DNA of 63,217 bases, counting the filler, from Thermodesulfobacteriota bacterium (lineage in GTDB: Bacteria > DASVDK01): the NCBI GenBank assembly GCA_036381125.1. It is 9 parts of 9 records of this genome, joined end to end, with 100 filler letters (N's around TTAATTAATTAA, not from the genome) between each part and the next. Parts side by side here need not be neighbours in the genome. Positions count along the whole stretch, not along the records: positions 40,844 to 59,933 come from DASVDK010000315.1; positions 60,034 to 63,217 come from DASVDK010000319.1; 7 more parts are not named here. The stretch is one strand, 5' to 3'. Under the pieces are notes generated by a model. The model did no database searches. It saw only the letters and a list, made by a program, of their open reading frames with translations, and was not told the origin of the DNA. The translations under genes were made by a program, and so were the position numbers. Below, piece after piece: positions 53,047 to 63,217 of the stretch (its first letter is position 1; the number at the start of each line of letters is the position of its first letter).

Positions 53047-56000
53047 TCAGCGCCCCTCGAGCAGGTCGCGGATGCCGAGGAGCGGCAGCCACACCCACGC
53101 CGGGCGGTTGTTCAGCTCGTAGCCGACCTCGTAGACCGCCTTCTCGAGCAGGAAGGCGTTCAGCATGATCGCCATCTGCTCCCGGTCCTCGGGGACGAAC
53201 GACTGGCCGCGCGACGCGGCCAGGTAGGCCCGCAGGAAGGTGGCCGACACGTACCGGTACCAGAGCATCGCGTAGGGCTCGAGCCTCGCGCGGTCCTCCG
53301 GCCTCACCACGGCCGGGCTGCGCAGCGACGTGTAGGCCGCGTAGTGGAAGGAGCGGAGCATCCCGGCGACGTCCCGGAAGGGCGACCGCTTGAGGCGGCG
53401 CTCCGAGAGCGGGCGCGCCGGCTCGCCCTCGAAGTCGATGACGACGAAGTCGCTCCCGGTGAAGAGCACCTGGCCGAGGTGGTAGTCGCCGTGGATGCGG
53501 ATCTTCGCGGCGTTGATCTTGCGTCGGAGGATCTGCCGGAAGCTCTCCCGGACCTCCTTCTCGACCAGCAGGACGACCTCGGCGAGCGCCCGCGTCTCCT
53601 CGTCCTCCAGGCTCCGGAGCCGCCGGCGCAGCAGCGCGAAGACCTGACGCGCATGGCTCTGCATCGTCTGGTAGATCGATCGCTGGTAGAGGACGCTGAA
53701 CGGCTCCGGCGCGAAGCCCGTTCCCGCCTCGCCCGAGGCGAGCGCCGCGTGCATCTCGGCCGTGCGCTGGCCGAGAAGGGCCGCGCGTTCCAGGTAGACG
53801 ACCCCGATCCCGGTGCGCGCGGAGTCGGGGATCTCCGCGTCGGCGAGATCGAGGACGGAGCCGGCCGGCAGCTCGGGCAACCCGTTGCCGGCCCCCGTCT
53901 GCGTGAGCGCCCGCTCGTAGTAGCGCTGCAGCTCGTCGAGCGTGTACCGCCACGCGTCGCCCTGGTTCGGGACGAAGCGCGACAGCACGGCGACCCCCAC
54001 CGGCTCCTGCTCCGGCGCGCGATACTCGATCGACCCGGCGAAGGCCGGCGCGCCGGCGAATCCGGCCGACTCCGTCAGGAACCGGCCGATCTCGATGTCC
54101 GGGTTGAGCCCCTCGTCGAGCCGACGGTAGAGCTTCAGGATGAGCGCCTGGCCGTAGACGATCGCGGAGTTGCTCTGCTCGGCCCGCAGCACCTGCGAGG
54201 CCATGGCCGGCTCGTCGAGCGCCTCGACGGCCCGCCTGAGCGCCGCCGCCGGCGTGGCCGCCAGCGTCCCGGAGAAGCCGCGGATCCGGGTCCGCCGGGT
54301 CACCATCCCGAGCAGGCTCTTGCGGAACCGCTCGTCGTGGACGCCGTCGACGAGGAGGCCCGGCTCGCGCTCCACCGTCAGGCGGGCGATGGCGGCGCCG
54401 GGAGTCCCGGTCTCGACCGCGCGCGCGGCGTCGCCGCTCACCCAGGCGATCGGCAGGACGTAGACCTCGGGCAGGCCGACCGTGTACTCCACGTCGAGGA
54501 AGAGGAGCCTCGGCGCGCCGTCCCGGCCGACCGGAATGCTCTCGCGGATCGTGACCTGCGAGATCTCGCGCGCCTTGCCGCCGAACCACCGGCAGGTCGG
54601 CAGGAAGCGCGGCAGCACCTGCCGCTCGAGCCGCACGCGCGACTCGCCCACCAGGACGCTCTCCCAGTTGCCCGCCACCACGAACTCCGGCAGGCTCGGC
54701 TGCACGACGACCGGGGCCCCCCTCGCCTCCTCCTTGAGGGCGAACATATAGTAGCCGTACGAGCCGAGCGTGATGGGGGTCGGCCCCTCGCGCAGCGGGA
54801 CGAAGCGGTTGTGACTGAAGACCTCCTCCGGCACGCGCCGCGCGTACGGCGAGAGGTCCAGCTCGGTGAGCTGCGGGTGCCGCGACAGGTTCACGACGAC
54901 GAGGATCCGCTCGTCCCCGAGCTCCCGGACGAAGGCCAGGACCTTCGGGTTCTCGGGGTACAGGAACCGGATCGTCCCGCGCTGGAAGGCCGGGTGGCGC
55001 TTCCGGATGGCGATGAGCCGCCGCATCCACCAGAGGAGCGACGCGTGGTTGCGCTCCTGGTTCTCGACGTTGATCGCCTCGTAGTGGTACTCCGGGTCGA
55101 TGATGACCGGCAGGTAGAGCCGCTGCGGGTTCGCGCGCGAGAAGCCGGCGTTCCGGTCGGCGCTCCACTGCATCGGCGTGCGGACGCCGTCCCGGTCGCC
55201 GAGGTAGTAGTTGTCGCCCATCCCGATCTCGTCGCCGTAGTAGATGATGGGCGTCCCCGGCAGCGTGAAGAGCAGCACGTTCATCAGCTCGATCTTCCGC
55301 CGGTCGTTGTCCAGGAGCGGGGCGAGCCGCCGGCGGATGCCGAGGTTGATCCGGGCGTGCGGATCGCGCGCGTAGACCCGGTACATGTAGTCGCGCTCCT
55401 CGTCGGTGACCATCTCGAGCGTCAGCTCGTCGTGGTTGCGCAGGAAGAGCGCCCACTCGCAGGTCGACGGGATGGGCGGCGTCTGGTCGAGGATGTCGAT
55501 GATGGGGAAGCGGTCCTCCATCTGCACGGCCATGAACATCCGCGGCATGAGCGGGAAGTGGAACGCCATGTGGCACATGTCGCCGGTGCCGAAGTAGGCC
55601 ACGGCGTCCTCGGGCCACTGGTTGGCCTCGGCGAGGAGCATGCGGTCGCCGTACTTCGCGTCGATGTGCGCCCGCAGCTCGCGGAGGAACGCGTAGGTCT
55701 CCGGGAGGTTCTCGCAGTTGGTCCCTTCCCGCTCGAAGAGGTACGGCACGGCGTCGAGCCGCAGGCCGTCGACCCCCATGTCGAGCCAGTAGTCCATCAC
55801 CCGGAAGATCGCCCGCCTCACCTGCGGGCTGTCGAAGTTCAGGTCGGGCTGGTGCGAGTAGAACCGGTGCCAGTAGTAGGCCTTCGCGACCGGGTCGAAC
55901 TCCCAGTTGGACGTCTCGAAGTCCTTGAAGATGATCCGGGCGTCGCGGTACCGGTCGGGCGAGTCGCTCCAGACGTAGAAGTCCCGGTGCGCCGAGCCCG

Positions 56001-56369
56001 GCCTGGCCCGGCGCGCGCGCTGGAACCAGACGTGCTGGTCCGACGTGTGGTTGATGACCAGCTCGGTGATGACGCGGATGCCGCGGCGGTGCGCCTCCCT
56101 GAGGAACTCGCGGAAGTCTCGCAGCGACCCGTACTCGGGGTGGACGTCGGTGTAGTCGGCGATGTCGTACCCGTCGTCCTTGAGCGGCGACGGGTAGAAC
56201 GGCAGCAGCCAGAGCGCCGTGATGCCGAGCCCTTCGAGGTAGCCCAGCTTCTCCGTGAGCCCGCGGAAGTCCCCGATGCCGTCGCCGTTGGCATCGTGGA
56301 AGGTCTTCACGTGGGTCTGGTAGATGATCGCGTCCTTGTACCAGAGGGGATCGCCGGGCACCCGGTGCC

Positions 56370-56373
<4 letters not shown>
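53047..56373 (-). CDS. treS: Trehalose synthase - maltokinase fusion (start 56373 or 56361)
   Basis: WYKDAIIY, DDGYDIADY, RLDAVPY, AEANQWPED, FLRNHDELTLEMV; C-terminal EQSNS, RIHGDYHLGQVL, IDFEGEP. Confidence 0.96.
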
Positions 56374-58376
<2,003 letters not shown>

Positions 58377-58458
58377 TCTGCCCGCAGGGCGGCTGGGGTC
58401 CCACGCATAGGGCGAAGCCTAGCAAATGAGGCGGCGCGGCGGCGGTGCGCCGCACCGC

Positions 58459-58532
58459 TGGGGTCAGGTCTTTCCATTTTCCATGGGGTCAGGTCTTTCC
58501 ATTTTCCATGGGGTCAGGTCTTTCCATTTTCC
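58459..58532. repeat. Three tandem 25-bp units TGGGGTCAGGTCTTTCCATTTTCCA (last 24 bp)
   Basis: Units at 58459, 58484, 58509, no spacers; same unit at 41609. Confidence 0.95.
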
Positions 58533-58697
58533 GCGAGGCGCAGTCTCTCGGCGCCGGGCCGGCGGGTATGCCGGGGGTCCGTCGAGCGGGGGTGGTCCGG
58601 AAACCCGGCTGCGCGGCGACGCGGCTGGTCCCCACCGGGGCGGCTCTCGGCCCGGTCCCGATCGGCGACCGGAGGCGGGTCCCGTCGCGACCGGATG

Positions 58698-59459
58698 TCA
58701 GCGGAGGCGGTCGGGGAGGCGCGCCGCCGCGGCCTCGTCGAGCAACCACACGAGCCGGCCGTGCGAGGGCCGGACGCGCGCGGCCGGCAGGGTGTCGGGG
58801 CCGACCGGCGCGTCCGCCGCGTCCAGCACGCGTCGCACGATCTCGGCCTTGCGCGCGCCCGCGACGAGCATCCAGACCTCGCGCGCCCGGTTGAAGACCG
58901 GCAGCGTCAGGGTGATCCGGTAGCCGCCCACCTGCGGGACGAACGGCGCGACCACCAGCCGTTCGGTCTCGTCGAGCACCGGGTTTCCGGGGAAGAGCGA
59001 CGCGGTGTGCCCGTCGTCACCGACGCCCATGACGTGGAGGTCGAACACCGGGACGTCGCCCGGGCCGACGCCGAGGACGCCGCGAATGGTGGCCTCGTAG
59101 GCGAGGGCGGCCCGGTCCGGATCGGGGCCGCCGGAGGGGGGCGGGTGGACGTGGCCGGGCGGCTTCGGCGCGCGGGCGAGCCAGTGCTCGCGCACGAGAC
59201 GGACGTTGCTGTCGGGGTGGTCGTGCGGCACCCAGCGGTCGTCGCCCCAGAAGAGGTGCACCCGTGACCAGTCGAGCCGGGCGGCCATCCCCGGCTCGCC
59301 GAGCCGGTCGTAGAGCGGCGCCGGCGTGGCGCCGCCCGAGACGGAGAGGACGAAGCGGCCCCGCTCGGTGACGGCGGCCCGCGCGAGGTCGACCAGCCGG
59401 CGCACCCCCTCGGAGGCGAGCGCGCCGAGGTTGTCGCGGACGTCGACCTCGCGCGTCAT
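58698..59459 (-). CDS. pgl: 6-phosphogluconolactonase
   Basis: SGGATP, FWGDDRWVP.DH.DSN, G.G.DGHTASLFP, RITLT; follows opcA. Confidence 0.95.
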   Translation of the reverse strand: MTREVDVRDNLGALASEGVRRLVDLARAAVTERGRFVLSVSGGATPAPLYDRLGEPGMAARLDWSRVHLFWGDDRWVPHDHPDSNVRLVREHWLARAPKPPGHVHPPPSGGPDPDRAALAYEATIRGVLGVGPGDVPVFDLHVMGVGDDGHTASLFPGNPVLDETERLVVAPFVPQVGGYRITLTLPVFNRAREVWMLVAGARKAEIVRRVLDAADAPVGPDTLPAARVRPSHGRLVWLLDEAAAARLPDRLR

Positions 59460-59933
59460 CGGATCACCGCCTGGACCGCGGCCTCGTAGACCCGGTCGTC
59501 GCCGGTCATCGTCAGCTCGCCCCCGAGCAGGCGGGTGTCGGTCATCGGCGCGACCGCGACGACCTGCGAGACCGGCGCCGCCCCCTCGATGACGGCCGCC
59601 GCCTCGAGCTGCTCTCCGGCCGGCGTGGTCTCGCCGAGCTGCACCCACGCGTGGACGCCCGGCCCCTCGAACGCGACGCGCGCGAGGGCGGTCCCCTCCT
59701 CCACCGGCGCGACGCGCACCGTGAGGCGCCCCCCTCCGGGACGCTCGTAGGTGCGGGCCAGGGGCGACCCCGGCCCGGTCGCCTTCCACCCGAGCCGGCT
59801 CGCGAGCCACCCGATGTAGAGGCGCACCTCGGCCGCGCCGGGCCGGCCGGCGACGGCCACCGACTGGAGCCGTGCGAGCATCTCGCGGCACGCCACGATG
59901 TCGAAGAGGGCCACGGTCAGCTCTCGCCAGGGG
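59456..59933 (-). CDS. opcA: G6PDH assembly protein OpcA, C-terminal part
   Basis: PWREL...FD, L..GWLASRLGW, LL..EL....D.VYE; upstream of pgl. Confidence 0.8.
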
Positions 59934-60033
59934 NNNNNNNNNNNNNNNNNNNNNNNNNNNNNNNNNNNNNNNNNNNNTTAATTAATTAANNNNNNNNNNN
60001 NNNNNNNNNNNNNNNNNNNNNNNNNNNNNNNNN
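59934..60033. other. Artificial contig-joining spacer
   Basis: N-run/TTAATTAATTAA/N-run. Confidence 0.98.
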
Positions 60034-61243
60034 CGGCGGACGGCGGGGGGCGCGTCGCAGGAGGGGTGACGGCCCTGCCGCGGTCCGGACGGACCGGCGC
60101 CGCCTCCGTCGTGCCGGGGAGCCGTGGCGGGGGCCGATCGAGCGGCGGCGCGCTCGGCTGCGGCGGCACGATCGGCTGCGGCGGCACGATCGGTTGCGAC
60201 GGCGCGCTCGTCGGCGGCTGCGACGACCCGAGGTAGCCTGCCGCGGCCCCTGTCAGCGCGAGCAGGGTCAGCCCGGCAGCCATCACCGCCGCCCGCCGGC
60301 GAGGCCGCTCGCGGGGCGCGTGCGCCGCCGGCGGCGCCCTCCGCCCCCGGTCGGTCGGTCCCGGTCGCTGCTCCAGCGCGGTGAGCCCCCTGGCGGCCTC
60401 CTTGACGAGATCGGGGCCGATCGTCAGGGAGGCGCAGCGGCTGCCCATCGCCATCGCGCGGCCGCCGAGGACCAGCGCGTGCGCGCAGAGCGCGTTCACG
60501 AGCCGGGGGACGCCTCCGGAGCGCGCCCAGACCTCGTGCACCGCCTCCGGGGTGAACGGGTTGCGCGTCGCCCCGGCCACCTCGAGTCGATGCGCCACGT
60601 ACGCGCCGACCTCGTCGGGGGTCAGCGGCTCGACGACCCACCGGAGGACGACCCGCTGCGCCAGCTCGGGCTCCGGCAAGGGGCCCGCCAGCACCCGCTC
60701 CCCCACCAGCAGGGCGCCGACCGCCCCGCCGGCGCGCGCCTGCGGGTCGCCGTCCCCGATGCCGAGGAGCCGCCGGATCTCGCCGAACATCTCGCGGCTC
60801 AGGGTGTGCGCGTCGTCGAGGACGAGCAGGACCTTGCGGCCGGTCCGCCGGGCCTCCCCGAGGAACCGCTGGAGCTGCCCGAGGAGATCCCCGGGCGAGT
60901 CGGCGGCGGCGTCCAGGTGACAGGCGCGGGCGACGACCCGGTGGAACTGGACCGGGTCGAGCCTCCCGCTCCCGAGGCTCGCGACCGTCGCGCCCTCCCC
61001 GAGGTCCGCGATCAGCGCGTTGGCGAGCATCGTCTTGCCGATGCCGGCGTCGCCCGCGAGCACGACCAGCCCCGCGTACCGATCGACGGCGAGCCTCAGC
61101 CGGTCGAGGCCGTGCCGGCGCCGGCCGCCGAGCCAGAGGAACCTCGGGTCGGGGGTCGGCTCGAACGGCTTCGCCTGCAGGCCGTAGAAGACGAGGTCGC
61201 CTTCGATCCGGATGTCGAGCCGCGTCTCGCCCGGCGTCACCAT
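60034..61243 (-). CDS. ExeA/GspA-family AAA ATPase with TM and Pro-rich linker, 3'-truncated
   Basis: FYGL..KPF..TPDPRF, Walker A GDAGIGKT, Walker B LVLDDAH, YVAHRL..AG, SGGVPRLVN.LC. Confidence 0.88.
60154..60207. repeat. In-frame 18-bp tandem repeats (Pro/Gln linker)
   Basis: TCGGCTGCGGCGGCACGA x2 plus a degenerate third unit. Confidence 0.8.
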
Positions 61244-61275
61244 GGCCGGTCCCCCGGTGCGCCTCGCATCGGTCG

Positions 61276-62265
61276 TCAATCGCCGAGGATCTCCCTGATC
61301 ACGTCCATCACCGGGTTGCCCGACCCCGACCGCGACGCGGCCGAGGCCGGCAGTGCCCGGCGGCCGAGGTGCCGCCGGACGCAGTCGTACTGCTCCCACC
61401 CCTTGAGCTGGTACTCGAGGTCCACCGTCTTCCACTTCGGATGCCCGTTCGCCCGGAGCCAGTCCACGTTGTCGGCGAGCATCCTCGCGAACCGCCCGAC
61501 GTTCTCGCAGTCGTTGCGACGGTAGTCGAACGACACGAGGGCGGCCTTGACCGCCACGGTCGCGACCGGCTGCGGTTGCCATCGGTAGGTGTCGGGCGGG
61601 ATCTCGACCGACGGGTAGAACTCGGTGATGCTCTTGTTGACGATCGGGACCAGGGCGAGGCCGTCCGCCTCGGTCACCCCCTCGGCGAACAGCCTGACCG
61701 GGTAGCCGGCCACGTAGAACATCGCGTCGATGCGTCCGGCCTTGAGTTCCGCCAGCGCCTCGTCGGTGTCGATCAGGAGCATCTCGCGCGGCGCGACCTC
61801 CGCCAGGTTGAGGAGCAGCCGCGCCGTGAGGTAGTTGCCGCTCCCCTCGCGGCCGATCGCGACCCGCTTGTCGGCCAGGTCCTCGAAGGCCGTGATGCCG
61901 CGGTGCGCGAGGAGGTGGACCTCCTCGTTGTAGAGCGGGAAGACGAGCCTGGTCTTCTTCGCGATCCGCTTGAGGACCGGGTCCGTCTGCACCCGGGCCA
62001 CGAAGGCGAGCACGTCCGACTGGACAATGCCCATCTGGACCCCCGGCCGCTGGTAGACGGCGTAGACGTTCTCGATGGAGCCCCTGGACGGGTGGACGGC
62101 GAGGGTGTCGCCGCTGCGCTTCGCGAGCGCCTGGAGGTCGAGGCCGAACTGGTAGTAGGTGCCCTTCTCCCCTCCCGTGACGATCCCCAGGTCCGCGGCC
62201 GCCGCGGCGGCGGCCACGGTCAGGGTCACGAGCAGCGCGAAGACGGTCGTGAGGCTGCGCGACAT
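61276..62265 (-). CDS. TAXI family TRAP solute-binding protein
   Basis: Signal peptide; TGGEKGTYY, GSIEN, IVQSDV, LYNEEVH, G.EGSG, IDA.F.VAG.P. Confidence 0.9.
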   Translation of the reverse strand: MSRSLTTVFALLVTLTVAAAAAAADLGIVTGGEKGTYYQFGLDLQALAKRSGDTLAVHPSRGSIENVYAVYQRPGVQMGIVQSDVLAFVARVQTDPVLKRIAKKTRLVFPLYNEEVHLLAHRGITAFEDLADKRVAIGREGSGNYLTARLLLNLAEVAPREMLLIDTDEALAELKAGRIDAMFYVAGYPVRLFAEGVTEADGLALVPIVNKSITEFYPSVEIPPDTYRWQPQPVATVAVKAALVSFDYRRNDCENVGRFARMLADNVDWLRANGHPKWKTVDLEYQLKGWEQYDCVRRHLGRRALPASAASRSGSGNPVMDVIREILGD

Positions 62266-62700
62266 CCCATGCCCTCCTCTTCGAGTCTCGGGCTCGCCGT
62301 CGGCGGCGCGCGGCGAGAGGCCGGGCGGGCGGCACGCCGCCTCGCCGGATCGAGCGCCGGAATGGAACGTGCGCGGCATGGCGGGGGAGGACGAGGCGCG
62401 GCGGCGTGCGCCCGCACGGAGGCGTGGCTCGGCGTCGAGACCCGGTCAAGGATGGGAAGGCCGCCGAGTTGTAGAGGCCACCGACGCGACACCGATGGGC
62501 CTCCCGGCTCGAGTCCTCCCATCGTGGGCGCCGGCGACGGCGGTGTCAACAGGAATCCCGGGCGGCGCGGCGCCCGGCACGGCGCCGGACGAGGCGCACG
62601 CACGGCGCCTGCCGGCAGGCCGTGGCCAGCCGCGCCGGCGAGCGGTGCGTCGCGTCACGGGCAGGCGCCGGGCCGTCCGGGCGGCGGCGATCGGCGACGG

Positions 62701-62856
62701 CTAGCGCCGCCCCACGTACTGCTCGGGGCTCTGCTCGAACCTGCGCCGGCAGTCGTCCGAGCAGAAGAAGTAGGTCAGCCCCTGGTAGTTGCTCCAGTGC
62801 GCCGCCGCGTCGGCGTCGACCTGCGCCCGGCAGACCGGGTCGCGCACCGTCGGCAT
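62701..62856 (-). CDS. YHS-domain small protein (51 aa); not in ORF track
   Basis: MPTVRDPVCRAQVD...YQGLTYFFCSDDCRRRFEQSPEQY; AAAGGAGG SD. Confidence 0.9.
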   Translation of the reverse strand: MPTVRDPVCRAQVDADAAAHWSNYQGLTYFFCSDDCRRRFEQSPEQYVGRR

Positions 62857-62949
62857 CGCGCCCCTCCTTTGCGGACCCCGCGCCCCTCGTCGGCCCGTTG
62901 CGAGGACGCAGGCACGACCCGCGCCGCCGGCTCGGCATCGCGCCGCGGC

Positions 62950-63217
62950 TCACGGCCGCCTGAGCGTCCAGGTCAGCGGCAGGGCCAGCGCGCAGAGGGC
63001 GGCCATGACCCAGAACCCCTGCGCGCCCAGGCGCGCGTAGAGCGTGCCGGAGACGAGGGTGAGGAGCGCCGTGGCGACCCCGATGCCGACCGTCCCGTAG
63101 ATCGCCTGCGCCGTCCCCTCGAGACCGGGCGGCACGATGCGGGCGAGCAGCCGCATGCAGGCGAGATGGAGCAGCGCGAAGGTGATGCCGTGCAGCGGCT
63201 GCACCAGGGCGAGCGCG
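62950..63217 (-). CDS. MFS transporter (HcaT/PPP-like), C-terminal part
   Basis: QPLHGITFALLHLA, TAQAIY, SG.LY...G...FWVMA. Confidence 0.85.
   Translation of the reverse strand, partial: ALALVQPLHGITFALLHLACMRLLARIVPPGLEGTAQAIYGTVGIGVATALLTLVSGTLYARLGAQGFWVMAALCALALPLTWTLRRP

Noticed and set aside
58459..58532. CRISPR array
   Set aside because: Units are directly adjacent with no spacers, and no cas genes are present in the window
58533..58697. Riboswitch or ncRNA between pgl and glgE
   Set aside because: GC-rich pairing is possible but no recognisable aptamer motif was found; needs an Rfam search

Overview
This is very GC-rich bacterial DNA, but not one locus. It is nine assembly fragments joined by eight artificial 100-bp spacers (N-run + TTAATTAATTAA + N-run), so gene neighbourhoods only hold within a fragment. 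The content fits a diderm, LPS-making, sigma54-using organism of deltaproteobacterial/Myxococcota-like character (inference). (1) 1-10421: adk-map-rpmJ-rpsM-rpsK-rpsD-rpoA-rplQ, then trpE-G-D-C-F-B. (2) 10522-12741: cobT end, amidohydrolase, ABC permease end. (3) 12842-24409: lpxC end, NtrY/NtrX-like pair, small orphans, PEGA protein, Ser/Thr kinase, TPR protein-DUF192-tadC. (4) 24510-29449: TPP enzyme, enolase-superfamily enzyme, FAD/Fe-S oxidoreductase. (5) 29550-32930: lpxB-msbA-waaA. (6) 33031-38072: hisHAF-hisIE, rpsU-yqeY-cvpA-mpg-mutS2. (7) 38173-40743: nusA-ylxR/L7Ae-infB. (8) 40844-59933: deacetylase-like gene, yacG, cbiX, hybrid kinase, REC-PilZ, proline dehydrogenase, DUF488, three-gene acyl-CoA carboxylase, treS-mak, glgE, pgl, opcA. 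(9) 60034-63217: ExeA-like ATPase, TAXI protein, YHS protein, MFS end. I found no rRNA, tRNA, CRISPR array or transposase. The most notable observations are a 124-bp tandem element with sequence-swapped hairpins between rpoA and rplQ, a dispersed and tandem 24-25 bp REP-like repeat, a recurring leaderless-promoter architecture, a ylxR gene without a canonical start codon, a small basic ArfA-like candidate, and a tadC-DUF192-TPR/kinase/PEGA cluster reminiscent of predatory Tad systems.
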